The translations under genes and the position numbers were made by a program. Shown here in pieces: positions 14,012-26,744 of a stretch of 64,000 bases of DNA. The DNA comes from Camelus ferus (Eukaryota), in the NCBI RefSeq assembly GCF_009834535.1, contig NC_045696.1:22508001-22572000 (forward strand), given 5' to 3'. How positions within the stretch are numbered: the stretch's first letter is position 1; each line of letters opens with the position of its first letter. The notes beneath the pieces were generated by a model. That model was not told where the DNA came from. It saw nothing but the letters and a program-made list of their open reading frames with translations, and searched no databases.

Positions 14012-14362
14012 AGGGCTAGGTTATGCTGCCCCACCAATAACCCCTGAGTCTCAGTGGCTTAAAATAATAAATGGTAATTGTTCATCCTTGTTGACTGGGG
14101 GCTCTGCTCACTCTAATCACTTAGTGATACCGCTGACAGAGGCTCCATTTCAATATATGCTTTCATAATTGCCAAATTAGGAAGGAAACATGGCAACTTG
14201 CACACTGACACTAAAAATTTCTGCTCCAAAGTACTGCATGCCACTTCTCGTATTTCATTGGCCAAAACCAGTCACGCCTGATATAAAAGGGGAAGGAAGT
14301 AGGAGCCACCGTGTGTCCAGAAGTGGAGAGAACCAGACGCAGCAAAAGTGATAATTTTCATA
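14012..14362 (-). mobile_element. MaLR solo LTR (old MLT1K/L-like)
   Basis: ctaggttatgctgc..tctcagtggcttaaaa and tttcattggccaaaaccagtcac motifs. Confidence 0.8.
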
Positions 14363-14369
14363 GCAGTTA

Positions 14370-14970
14370 AGAGACATATGGCCTAGTGAGGATAAGCAAC
14401 ATATTCAAGCTCATCCAATCTCATTAATTAACTCATCAATGAAATAGGACCTTGACTGAAAAGTCATCATGGCACAACTCATGTCATTCTCGACTGGAAT
14501 GGACCTGATAAAGGATCAGAGTCAAATAGCCGCAAGCTTCTTGAATGGTGAGCTGAACAAGAGCAATAGCAACCTGAAAACATGGCTTAAGGATGCAGCG
14601 ATGCACACCTTCAAAGAACACGCTGTAGCTGGGGCTTGCTGGGAAATAAGTAGCGGATAGGGTAGCTTGTGCACAATATCCAAAGATAGGTGGGTCTTTC
14701 TGAGCAAAATTATGAGCTGTTCATAGTGCTCAAAGGGAAAAGCCAAGATACCACATGCACTGCAGAAAGGAGATGGAGTGGATCATCTCAGAGTCATTCT
14801 TACATGATACTGAGCGTGGAATGACTCTTGGTTATGCCTCTGCCCTCCATGGCCCCTGCGAGTCCCACCATAGTCGTCGTAAACAGTGGCATGAATTCCC
14901 TCAGGAAGAAGGATCACAATTGGAGGGAGATTCTCTTTAACCTGTTGCCAGGAGCTCATAACAATAAGCA
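14370..14970 (+). other. Possible very ancient non-LTR retrotransposon APE-endonuclease relic
   Basis: Manual translation with stops and frameshifts gives YGP..DLD*KVIM..VILDW..HLQRTRCSW..K*RIG*LV..LSEQ..RRW..SESFLHD, in the order of the L1 EN motifs. Not A-rich; 9 CpGs retained. Confidence 0.3.
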
Positions 14971-15938
14971 TTAGAAAATATAACGGGGAAATGAATGTAA
15001 CCTTAATTAAAATGCTCTTCTGTTGCTAATTCTATAGTCAAAATGCAAAATAAATAGCACTTTTTCCTGTCACTTTTAATGATCTTTGGAATCTTTCCAA
15101 AGTATCCGTATTTTTTTCTTTTTTTGCTGCTCACTGATGATGATGAATCAGATTAGACTTGCTAAAGTAGAAGTGTTTACACCTCCTAAGAAGCCTCATG
15201 TTTCCCTCAATATTGGATGTGACATACTTGCCCTGTAATATATTCAGTTGGAATTGAATTCAGACTTGAAATGTGTTTACTTTTACATTCATTACACAAG
15301 CTTTAAAGAAGTTTGGCATCCATATGAGTTCATTTTCATTTTACTGAGATGGAAAAACAGTATTCCTAAAAAATGTTACCTCTTCTTCTCGATTTGAAAT
15401 CACACCTTTCAGAAGATCAGTTTACTTTAAGTTCATATTATAAGTGGACTTTTTTCAAAAATAGCCAGTTGGGTTTTTCTAGAAATTGAGTCTTTCTAAT
15501 TTCTTACTTATGGATTACTATTTTTACATGGGGTTAAGTGTTTAATTTTTAAGTGTTTATAGAAACTGGAGATATTTTAATGGTACAAAGATTATTTAGA
15601 TTAAAGTGGAGACGTTTAAAATTGCAATATATCAAGTATATCATTTGTATGACACTTACTAATGTTTAAAATGCTCTGACAGCTTGCTGATTTTTCTAAC
15701 AAAGTTAAACTGGATAATATTTATATCTATATACTCAAGATTAGACAAGAAATAGTAGGAGGTCTGCTTTCTTTTTGCCTGAAAGTTTCTGTGCTTATTT
15801 TCTTTATATGTTAATACAAAATGTACTTTATGTCAGATAAAGCAATTCTGTAATAGTTATTTGTAAAATGATCCGACTTGGTTTATTTCAGAGCATCAGT
15901 TTTCTTGGTTCTTTCAAGCATAGTTTTAAACACTCTTT

Positions 15939-16482
15939 TAGTTATCTACTGCTTTGCTACAAACCCTAAAACTTAGTGGCTTAAAACAATAACCATTTCA
16001 TTACTTACAATTCTGTGGATCAGAAATTCAGGCAGAGCACAGTGGGGATGGCCTGTCTCTGTTTCACCTGGTGTTGGCTGCGGTGGTTCATTTGGGGCTG
16101 AAGGCTCCAAGATGGCTTCACTCATATTTCTGGGACTTTGGTGTTGAATGTTGGTAGGGCTTCTCAGGTCTCCTCCAAGTGTCTAGCCTTTTCTCACATG
16201 ATCTTTCATTTTTTAGTTGCCATGCCTGAGTTTCTTTACATGAAAGGAGAATTCTGAAGGAACAAAAGCAAAAGTTGTAAGACCTTTCAAGACATAGGCT
16301 CATAATTGCACAGGGTCACTTCTGCCATATTCTATTGCTCAAACAAGTCATGAGGTTATCCTAGATTCAAGGAGAGTGGAAATAGACTCCACTTCTAGAT
16401 GGAAGGAGTGGCATAGGCACACTGCAAAGAGGCATGTGAAAATGGAGGGGTTGTTGTAGCTGTGTTGGGAAACAATACACCA
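15939..16482 (-). mobile_element. MaLR solo LTR (MLT1H-like)
   Basis: aaaacttagtggcttaaaacaa, tccaagatggcttcactca, tcacttctgccatattctattg and ctagattcaagg motifs. Confidence 0.9.
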
Positions 16483-16734
16483 GAAACACAAATGAATGAG
16501 TTACACTTCTAAGGCAACTACAATATACTCTTTTGCCCAAATTATAACCTGGCAGTTAACTCTGTGAAAGTCTCTACCTTTGTATTCCTGTTTGGGAGCT
16601 ATTGAAAGTCTCATGTCTCAGTAAATTAGAGTGAACAGTCGTTATCTTCTCTTTAAAATCTTTTACAGTTTTATGTGATTTGGAGTATGCTTCACAAAAT
16701 GGATGAATGTGGGGACATAATCAGCAGTGTCAGA

Positions 16735-16830
16735 GACATTTATTCCTCAAACACATCTTGAGTATTCTCTATGGTCAAGCACAATTCCAGGCATTGGCTA
16801 TACAAATAAAGAAGAACAAGAGGTGGTTTT
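16735..16830 (-). mobile_element. L2 3' end fragment
   Basis: catttattcctcaaacacatcttgagtattctctatggtcaagcac resembles the reverse L2 tail. Confidence 0.6.
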
Positions 16831-16849
16831 TATTCCATGGTACTTTACT

Positions 16850-17280
16850 TATCGGTCACAACTTTTACTCTCTTGAATTAATTCTGTGCATTCAAAGCCT
16901 TGTTATGGAGTCAGAGAGGTGGAGTATATTTCCCTAACTCTCTGAGTTTGGGTTTGTCTGTATGACCTACTTTTGCTAAAAGGGTGTTAGGAGATAGAAT
17001 GAAAGCAGTAGCACAAAATGTGCTTGTGCAGTGGGAGCTTGATTTATTTATTTATTTTTCATCACCAGTAGAAACAGGACCTCAGAAGGAATACCTAAGC
17101 AAGAAGCCAAGCCCAGCTGCACTCATAGCTTGAAGCAGAAGGGGCCAGTAGAGCCAGTTTAGATCCACCAACTACCGGGTGACGCACAGATCAGTGAGAA
17201 GCATGGCGATTATTGTATGCCTTTGAGAGTTTGTGGTTCTTTCTTTACATACCAGATCTGCTTGAAACAAGTAATATACC
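16850..17280 (+). mobile_element. MaLR solo LTR (MLT1I/J-like)
   Basis: agaggtggagtatatttccc..tgtgcttgtgcagtggg..ttgtatgcctttgagagtttgtgg..taatata. Confidence 0.75.
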
Positions 17281-18119
17281 GTCTTGTAGGAAGGTATGTG
17301 TCAGTTTTAGTGGGGCATGAGGAAGATGCTCTAGAAAAAGGTGAAACAAAGCTTGGTTTTAAAGAACAAAAGAAGGGATACATAAGCGTTTACCAAGAAG
17401 AGGAAAATACTGCAAGTCAAAATTTAGTGTGACCAAAGCCATGGGGGATAGGCTCCAACGTGGTGGTAAGAAAACTGTAAAAGCAGTTCATTGTTCCCAG
17501 AAGTTTAGTAAATGGGACAGTCCTGATTTACCGAGAGACTCAAACTCTTGAATGGATTTTGCAGTGATTCTAATTTTTAGCGATTTCTAAGCTGATAGTA
17601 AGTAGGATTGACTTGAATTTCATTTCTCAGGCTAAACATTTTAGAGTACATGCCCTACCAAAAGTAATATGAGCACAGTTTCATTGTTTCTGCCTTTGCA
17701 AATAATGAAATTACATTTCAGAGATTTCAACTGCACACCCAAGATGGGGCACAGATGGCAATTGTAGACATGACTTAAAAGAGGAGAATGTTCAATTGAA
17801 AATTAATAAGAAGTAATATTACACTGCCTGGTATTTTAGATAAAAATTACAGGTCATCCTCTTTTCAAATAGTAGCTTTTAAAAAAGATTAGTAAATAAA
17901 TTATATCACCTATCATTATAAAGTTATTACAACAGGAAATACTTTTGAGAACTAATATGTTTGTTTCTAAGTATAATTTTCATATAATGCTTTTTTAAAA
18001 AAAAGCCAGTCTTTATGTAGAGCTATAATTCAGCAGGTGATTCCTGTTTTAATCTGAATTTTAGAACTGAAGGGGCCTTTCAGCTTCTTTTATTGCTAAT
18101 TTGGACCTTGGTAAATTTT

Positions 18120-18310
18120 CTGGCCGTGCCTTTCACTAGCTATGAGAACTTGGGCAAGCTTCCAACTCTCTCTGTACCTCTGTGTCCTCATCAGTAAAAT
18201 GGGGAAGTAATTCTTACTGTATATGGAGCCCTTATGGTGATGAAATGAGGTTTTACAGCATGCTATTTGACATATGGCAAGCACCCAGTAAATGTTAGCT
18301 ACTGCTATTT
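18120..18310 (+). mobile_element. MIR SINE
   Basis: Clear core: acttgggcaag..ctctctgtacctctgtgtcctcatcagtaaaatgggga, with tail agtaaatgttagcta. Confidence 0.9.
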
Positions 18311-18618
18311 TAATAAAAGTAATAATTACTATTGTTAGTTAATCTTATGATTGAAGAAACAAGAGGCTTAGGGAGTTAAAGGACTTGGGCAAAATTGTGT
18401 GCTTTTTACAGGTTCAGAACCTGCAAGAGATTTTGGTCACTGAGTCTCATACCACTGCTTTTGTCTGACCAAGGCTGCCCCTCACACTTTTTCAAGAAGT
18501 TCATGATGAAAGTGAAGAGTGATTCTGGAAACCACTGCACTGGAAAAACCGCCTTTACACAGAAAGGATATGAACTACTAAATGTAAATATCAAAAGGGT
18601 ACGTAATGATCCTTCCAG

Positions 18619-18656
18619 ATATATATATATGTGTGTGTGTGTGTGTACATATATAT
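18619..18656. repeat. Compound (AT)6(GT)8 microsatellite with short AT tail
   Basis: Read directly from the sequence. Confidence 0.95.
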
Positions 18657-20214
18657 CATCAAACACAAACATATACATTCAAATAATTGCATTACAATTA
18701 AACTTTTCTTTCTGGGAATTCTCCATTTACGATAAGCAATTTCCCTTGCAGTTTCAAAGCTTTGGGTCAAATTCCAACAAAAGAGGTAGAGGATTTTTGC
18801 ATAACACTATCAGACCACTTACTAAAGTTAAACAAAAAGGGCTGCTATTTAGTGGAAAGAATATAGCTATTGGCACTTTCAGTTTTATCCAAATGACTGC
18901 ACACAGCCCTACTTCGATTTCATTATAAAAGTAAAATTAGAAAAGCTAAACATTAAATCTTATAAGGAAATATAATTTGTTGTAATGTCCTTAGAAGGCA
19001 GTGCAAAATAGGGAACAGGGAACTGGCTTAACTGCTTCCGTGCTGAATAAAACATCAGCCCTTAAACCGTTCACCTATACGCTCCCAGTCGTACCCGTAG
19101 CAGCTCACTTTTACTCGTTAGCTGTCATTTCAAGGTATGCCATTTTAAAGACACATGTTTCCTATTAGCAGTAATAAATTAATGGGGGTGTGTGGTAACA
19201 TGATAGCAAAATTCAGTAAAAATTCTATTTGAACTTAATTCTGCGGGATATGAACACAACCCACAAAGGAGTACTCTGATCTACAGTGAAGAAGAATTTG
19301 CCTACCGCTCTGGTTCGCAATTAATGAAAAGTCCTCAGGAAATCCCAATTTCTGATTAAAGAGAGTTGATTATGATTAATGTATCCAAATTAACTGCCAA
19401 AAAGGAAGACACCTCATAATTATCTACATTGTTCCTCCAATTTTAAATTCCTGAGGCTACTCATATCTGTGCCCTTTTCTCTAATCCTTAAAGATATATA
19501 TTTGGTTTTTTACTTTTGATTAGCAAGGCAATGATGGCCCTTTGTTTCTGTGTGTAGAAGACAGCCAAGGTCTTATGAATTTTCTCTTCTCCCCTCTTTA
19601 TCCTTCTGTAAAAATTGCATTACTGGTGTTTCCAGCAAGTTGCCATAAACCCAGGATGTCAACTTCAAATGCACTTGGTCTAACCTTACAAGCACCACCT
19701 CACTCCAGAGTACTTACTCTTAGCCATTGTGTTGCGCTGCCTTCCCTGGCGCTTGGTTGACCTTCAGGGGAACGAAAGACATATTTTCAGACAGATATGG
19801 CATGGGGGGCTACTAATTTCATTTTTCAATCTCGTTCCCTAAGAATATAAGTAAGTAAATTCTTGCAAACCAAGTTTTTTGTAGCATTATAAGGTCTTGC
19901 ATTTTTCAGGGTATTTGCAAATATTTTTTGTGGGAAATTTAGAAATGTTGCATCAAGGTCAGTTAACTGGATGCTGTTTTAAACTAGAAGTCTTCCAAGT
20001 ACAGTATTTATGTTAAAAAGTGTCTACTTCTATTGAAATCACATACGTATTTTAAAAGCATTCAGAGTTTATTATAATTTGTAAGCTATAGTAGTTAGAG
20101 TAGGAGTTGGTCAAATGAATTAATATTTTCTTCTCCAAAGAATTTGATTGCCTTACAGAATAGTTTTCTCCTACTGGAATCTCTTTCAGTACTTCAATTA
20201 TATTTTTGTATTAG

Positions 20215-21170
20215 TGTGCTTCACTTTATCCAATATTACTGTAGAAAATTTGAAAATACAGATAAACAAAAAAAAATTCACCTAAAATCTCATTATCCGA
20301 GCACAAAACCCATTAACATTTTGTTATTTTATCACATATAATTTTTTATTTTAAAAAGTGCATGTATATATCTTTCATTCTAAAATAAGATTATATTATA
20401 ACATTGCTTTGTAGACTACCTTTTAAAATTTTGTAGTATATATTGAGCTTTTTCATGCATGAATATAATATATACTCATTTTAGTGGCTGTACAATATTT
20501 TGTTTTATAAAATGTCATTATTTAGGTTGATTCTGTTGTTCTTATAATTATAAGTCAAATTGTAAAGGGCATCAACACAGCTAAACCTTCATTTAATTAA
20601 GTAATTATTTCCTTAGGAAATGTATAAAGAATTCAATTTCAAAGTCACAAGATGTGCTTTTGAAATATTTGTAATGCAGAAATGCTTCTGAAAAAGGCTG
20701 TTCCAATCTGTGCTCCCAACAGTAGAAGATGAGAGTCTCTATTTTGGGGGGGTGGAGGGAAGTACTTAGGTTTATTTATTTATTTATTTTTAAGGGAGTC
20801 ACTGAAGATTGAACCCAGGACCTCGTGCATGTTAGGCATGCACTTTACCACTGAGCTATACCCCTCTGTCAAGAGTCTCCATTTCTTAATAGTCTCACAA
20901 ATAATGGAGATTATTTCAAATAGTAGACAATTTTATAGGTTTGACACCTTATTTTTAAAAGAGGTTATTCATCTGAGTACAAGTTTTAAAAAGTATTGAT
21001 CATTTCTATTTCTTCTGTAAATTTCCTTTTACTATCCTTTAACTTTATTTTTCTACCATAGTGTGTGTCATTCTCTTATTATTTTGCAAGAGCTCTTTAT
21101 TTTCCACTTGTCTTTTATAAATAGTGGAATTTTCAATTTGATGTTTATTTTAAACTCTGCTTCTATTGTT
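20215..21170 (-). mobile_element. Very old LINE-1 (L1ME-like) 3' region, interrupted by a SINE
   Basis: gtagaaaatttgaaaatacagataaac 3'-end motif, ttaggttgattc, atttccttagga and tgctcccaacagtag..gagagt remnants. Confidence 0.7.
20745..20870 (-). mobile_element. tRNA-derived SINE, camelid vic-1 type, with target-site duplication
   Basis: Reverse strand reads ggggtatagctcagtggtaaagtgcatgcctaacatgcacgaggtcctgggttcaatc..aaataaataaataaacctaagtacttccc, with A and B boxes. TSD agagtctcYattt at 20732-20744 and 20872-20884. Confidence 0.9.
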
Positions 21171-21479
21171 TCTACCATCAGTATTTAAAAATGCTCAGCA
21201 TAATTTAAAAATGCTCAAGTCTACCAGGTATTCCCAGTTACCTTCAAATTCCATTATTCCCAAATAAAGTGTCCAAACTCAGTTCTACTCCATTCTGAAA
21301 CTCAACCTGAAGCATGGTGTGGAGTATGCAGCTTGCAAATGCAAGCAGTCAGAAAGATGCTGCCTTCCAGAGGCACAAAGAGGTGGTACCAATGAGAAAG
21401 TGCGCAGGGGAAAGGTATTCTTTCTTTGAAATGGCACGACCTTTTACAGAACACTTTTCAAAGACAGGAAATCTTAAAA

Positions 21480-21790
21480 GTTTAGACAGTTAAGACTTGG
21501 ATTCAAATTATAACTCTGACACTTACCAGATGTGTAATTCTGAATCTCAGTTTGTTCATATCCACATGATAAACAATAGTAATACCTGTCATTTATTGAG
21601 TGTTCTAGGCACCCAGTGTATTTTCTGAATTAATCATTTAATCCTCCCAAACTAAAACTAGTAATAAGGTGGTAGATACTCTTAGTATCACCGTTTTAAA
21701 GATGAAGAAGCTGAAGAATAGAAGTTAAATGGCAAAACCCAAGCAATCTGGCTGCAGATCCTGAGATCTTAAACAACTATACTTTGCCTG
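21480..21790. mobile_element. Adjacent MIR fragments in opposite orientations
   Basis: + strand: agacttggattcaaat..ctctgacacttaccagatgtgt. - strand: catttattgagtg..tcatttaatcctc..ttttaaagatgaagaagctga. Confidence 0.75.
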
Positions 21791-22019
21791 GACTTTGCCA
21801 CCTCCTGTGACATAACTAAACAGGAAAGAAGCAGCAACTCAGATACTCAGGCCAACCACAAGGGTGAAATTGTCTTCACCTCACACATCTGAGCTGGAAC
21901 TAAGGCTGGAGGGGCAATGGCATTGACTCAGGAGATGGTAGAGCACTAAAACTAACTGACATCACCAGAAAGAGAAACTAGTCAAAGGCTGAACACACTG
22001 GGGAATTAATGAGATGATC

Positions 22020-22280
22020 ATAATGACTAGTATGAACCTAATACTTACAATATGTCATGTACTGAACTAATTGTTATACATATATTTATCTCATTTACTC
22101 CTTAAGACCTATGAAATAATTACTACTGTTTTCTCCATTATACAGAGAAGGAAATTAGAAGCCTTAGAGAGGTTAAGTACCTGGGCTAAGGATCAACCAA
22201 TGAGGAAGAAACAGAAGTGAGGATTTAATTGAGATTGCTTTACTCTAAAGACTGGGCTCTTGGCCAGCCCACTGTACTGT
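22020..22280 (-). mobile_element. Near full-length MIR SINE
   Basis: atctcatttactcct..ccattatacagagaaggaaa..tagagaggttaagt..cactgtactgt. Confidence 0.85.
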
Positions 22281-22629
22281 ATTAGGCTGGCAGAGATGGA
22301 AGCTTGCAAATCTATGAGCCCCTCATCCTCCTACCCCAACCCCATGATTTGGGCAAATGGGAATGAAGGTGATGACTGAGCAAGGCCTGTGGAGTCTGAA
22401 TCTCAGGAATCCCTAAAATATATCTCCCACTTGCTTGCTGGTGTATGAACAGAATGTGGGTAACTAATATAATGACCGGTTTAAAGAGCTCCTTTAAAGC
22501 ACCTGAACTTAAACAGGCAACATGCACCAAGGTTTTCCCAAGAAGCACCACTCTAGAAATGCAACAGTTGTACCCTTAGTTCTGAACCACAAGCTTCTCT
22601 TGCTTGAATCTTGCGAAGATCCATAGTGA

Positions 22630-22822
22630 AGCTGAATCTTGTGTCTGCCACTTACTTGCTCTGTGACCTAATGCAAATTATTTATTTGTATCTCTGAGAA
22701 TGTTACTTTCCCCAAATGAATATGGGTGTATAAATACCTCATATAGAGTAGTGTAAGGGTTAAAGTTAGCTCATACTTTGAAAATGCCTGGCATGTAGTG
22801 AATGATCAGTAAAATGAATTAA
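22630..22822 (+). mobile_element. MIR SINE
   Basis: tctgccacttacttgctctgtgacct..gtaagggttaaa..aatgcctggcatgtagt. Confidence 0.8.
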
Positions 22823-23619
22823 CTAGTCGGTTAATGAAAATGATAAACTTAATTGTAAACTCCAAGAGAAACTCAAAATGCTTTGGCAGTTGAATTTGAA
22901 GCTCTGACACCAGAAAGCCATCATTACGATGGAGACTGAAAAGCACACCACTGGTGTGGCACACCGAGGAAGAGTATTACATGAAGAAAACCGGTCTGAA
23001 CAGGAGCAGGATAGAAGCGTCATACTTAACTGTTCTTGGCCAGTGTTCCACCCATTCCTTGAAGTGAACCTGAGTAAAAAATTAACAACAGGCTTACAGA
23101 ATATAATATGTTAAACCTGCTGTATTTATAATAATGTTTTTACTTACTAATTCATAGAGTATATCATTTTTATTCCAGAACAAATATCCAGTGATTCTTA
23201 ACAAATTATTTTACCTCGATGAATCCTGGCTTTAAGAATGCCTCTGAGTATTGTTACCATATAAATATTTAGGAGGACCATTCTTGTTATCAGAAACTGG
23301 ATTTCGGTGCCCAGAGTTTGCTAAATCAGTAAGAAGCACCAATTACAGAAAGGGGACTTGATGAAGTACACGGCACAAGTCTGGGTGTGCTGTGTGTGAT
23401 ACGAGCACAAAATCAACAAGTCACTGTCAAAGATCTTACCGAAGAAGAAATGCAGGAACTCCTCTTAGCCTTAGTTTCTTCATCTGTAAACCTGGGAATA
23501 TTAAGATCAACCTTACAGGACCGTAATAAAGATAAAAGTGCTTGTAATAGTGACTGACACGGCAATATCAACAATATTATTTATTATCATGATCATCAGC
23601 GTATCAAAATCATTGCTTT

Positions 23620-24172
23620 TACCTGGGTTCCTCATAATGCAGCCCTGAAACAAAGAGTTAAGGGAAAGTGCTTTACTGGGGTATGCGACCACAGAGAACC
23701 AGGTGAGGGTGACAGGTGGAAGGAAGCAGAAAGAAGAAAAAGGCAATGCAAGGATGCCTTATTAAGTTGACCACCCAGTAGGTGCAGGAGATTGGTTTCT
23801 TGATCCACAAGGACCACCTGAGAAGCAGTAAAAACTATATCTTGGGATCCCCTGTAGAAGGGGGAGGGGATAGAGAGCATGTATCTACTGGCTTCCATCC
23901 TTGATTGGCTAACGTGTGCCCCCACGAAGTGTTAACTCCTATGTACTTCCAGGCTGTACGGATATGGGCCTCAGGCAGATTACAACAGAATCCCACCCAG
24001 CAAAGCCCTGGATGAGGAGGGAGGAGACAGATTTTGGACCTGAGACAAGGTGCAGTTGGGAGGCACCTACAAGAAGCTGGTTAGAGTTTATGCAGGACTG
24101 TTGCTGCCCAGGGGCTGAAATAAGAGCCAGGCAAGGCCGAGAGAATTCTCTGTGGTGCCCGGGAGATACCTG
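23620..24172 (-). mobile_element. Old ERVL-type solo LTR (LTR33/LTR41/LTR16 group)
   Basis: gggttcc..gcagccctgaaacaaagag..gctttactgggg..gcaaggatgccttattaagttg architecture. Confidence 0.55.
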
Positions 24173-25132
24173 ACATAACTGTTGTCATTGTCGTCGTCAT
24201 CATCATCATCTGGAGCCATCCCCTACCTCTGATCACCAGAGTCAACCATTGTGTATAAAAAAGAATCACCATAGATAAAAGGCCAGATTGGTTTAGGTCA
24301 GTTTTCAGTACTCCTTTTAATAAAACATATTGCTTTCCATTACACACTCTTCTTTACCCTTATAAACATCTGAACAGACCTGTCCATTCTTACTCCTCAA
24401 GTTGCCCTTCTTAGCTCTTCTTTCTTCTTTCTTAGAGTCACCATTTTGGTGCTAGAATCTATCATGTCATAGCTGAAACATTTTTATCCTTCTTGAGTTC
24501 TCTCTTTGCTCACTGTGCTTCTGATAGTTACACATGCTGACACCTACTTGCAGTTCCTAAAATACAAATTTCATCTTGTTAGTCTACTGCTCCAAACTAC
24601 ACCTCTAGTTAAAGAAAATATGATCCTCCACAATGTGGCCTTAAACTGCTTACCAGCCTAGTTGGCTCTACTGGTTAAGCAATGCAGTACACCTTTCATT
24701 CTCTGGACAACTTTTGAACTTTCTCAAAATAAGGCTCTAGTGTATGCTGTTTTATCTGTCAGATGATGTCTGGTTCTTTGAGGATCTAAATCCTAACATT
24801 TCTTCTCAGGATACCACAGGTTTTGCCTTGTTCAAAAAGTATCTAGTTTTTCCTAGGCTGGCTTTTGCTCTCCAATTTAGAAAAATCTGTAAAATGCCCC
24901 AAGCACTTATCTGTTGGTACCATTTATTAACAATCACAGACATCCTGATTTATGGCAAGTCTTCTGTTATTATTTGAGTTATTATTTTAACAGCTGCTCT
25001 TATATTGAACATTCATGAGTTGAAGCGTTTTCTAATTTCTGGGCGGGGCCTGTGACTTACTTTTCTTAGTGACTCCCACAACATAACAAGTGCCTTTGTG
25101 CTGAGTTTGATATTTCTCATGTCAGTAGGTTT

Positions 25133-25341
25133 CAGGGTTTTTCAAACTTGGTGCTATTGACATTTTTGTGCTATTTTTTTGTTGTAGAGGACTGTGCTGT
25201 GCATTATAGGATATTTAGCAACACCTCTGACCTCCGTGTACAAAATCCCGGAGTACTCCCTACTCCAGTTTATGACAGCCAAAAGTATTTTCAGACATTG
25301 CCGAATGGCTCTGGGGGAGATTCACCCATTTAGAACTAGTG
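25133..25341. mobile_element. MER20 hAT-Charlie DNA transposon
   Basis: cagggtttttcaaacttggtgctattgacattt..ctgtgcattataggatatttagcaaca..cagacattgcc..agaactagtg; about 210 bp with degenerate TIRs. Confidence 0.9.
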
Positions 25342-26273
25342 GGCTACATGACTAAAGAGTGAAATTCTGCATTGAATGAGGGTTTGGTCCAAGAGCAGCT
25401 GTATTTATTCCAGGTAGATATGAGTTGACTGTGCTTCTCTTGGATTTTATAGGGTACAAATGCCTTTTATCTCTTTAATCCTCCACACAAGATTGAATGA
25501 TCATCATTTCTATGTTTTCCCCAGGTCCCTCTTTCTCTCTGATCTTCTAAGGTTTTTTCATCAAACTATGTTTCGTCCTAATTAAGACTTTCTATCATCT
25601 ACAGAGAGCTGTTCACTAGCAGCTGCTATTAGAAATTGATTGGAAGGGAATTTAAACCAATGTCTAGTAGTATGTGCTAGATTATCTGTCATCCACCACA
25701 TCTAATCAGTCACCACATTCTAACAATTTTATTTCCTAAGTATTTTTCACGCCTTTTTCCTTTATTCTTATTCAATTGCTCTTTTTCAGTCCATCATCAT
25801 GTCTCCCTGAGACTATTGCCCTACCTTTTGACTCTTGTACTTCTATATGGGAGCAACGATCAGATATGACCTGTCAGGAAAGAAGAGTATCTGGGGGACT
25901 TGTCTTAAAGCTGCATTTGCTTAAATTTTTATTTATATTTTAGGTTAGAGATTAAGGAAAAAACAACAATATTTTCCAAGGAGGTTTTTACTAAAAATTT
26001 ACTAGTAAAGTATAAGTTGTGTATATAAAAGATTATTATCAGTAGTAGTTCTAGCAATGACACAGATAATGGTAGCAGTTTCATTGAGGTGAAAAGTGGA
26101 AGTAGGGGTTGATGGAAATCAGCAACTCCTTGGTGTCACCATGGCTACCCAGCCTTCCAGCTGCCATTTCAGTGCCCACATTTACTCTCATCATGTGTAC
26201 ATTCTCCATTCCTCAGTTCTGGGCTTGTGGAGGGTGTAGGGTGGATCGGGGTAAGAAGATTCTTTCACCTGGG

Positions 26274-26319
26274 ACACATACATACATACACACACACACA
26301 AACACACACACACACACAC
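26274..26319. repeat. Imperfect (CA)n microsatellite
   Basis: Read directly from the sequence. Confidence 0.95.
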
Positions 26320-26744
26320 TTAAGTGAAAGTAGATCTTCATTAGACATTACATTACATTTGTGTCTTCTTGTCAGATGTAATGACCTGTGGTGCTCTGTG
26401 AATTTTTTATGAGTTCTATAATATTTTTGAATACACTATTTAATGCAATAGATCTTTTTGTATGTGTGTTAAAGGGTTGACATTTCAAATGGAAGTATAT
26501 AAAAGTATGTCCTGACTTTTCTTAAAATGTTTGGCATTTAAAAAAATTTAAAAATAGTCATTCCTATACTGTTAGCATGGGGTGTGCATTGGAAGAAAGA
26601 TATAGAAATATCTTGCTATAAAGATACGTTCTTTCCTGACGCGATGTTGACAGTTCTGGTCTTTTCATATCTCTGAAATCATGAACTGCCTGTCTCTGTT
26701 TTCTTCCATCTAAATGTTGGTCAACTCTCCCAGGCTGTTTCAGC

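Noticed and set aside
14469..14971. Endogenous bornavirus-like element hypothesis for the four overlapping short ORFs
   Set aside because: No resemblance to the bornavirus N, G or L motifs I recall; not searched, so only provisionally rejected.
18395..18928. Longest ORF in the track (177 aa)
   Set aside because: Non-ATG start, runs through a MIR remnant and a microsatellite (YIYMCVCVC), and has no recognisable domain.
21183..21217. 15-bp direct repeat atttaaaaatgctca
   Set aside because: Small AT-rich local duplication with no sign of function.
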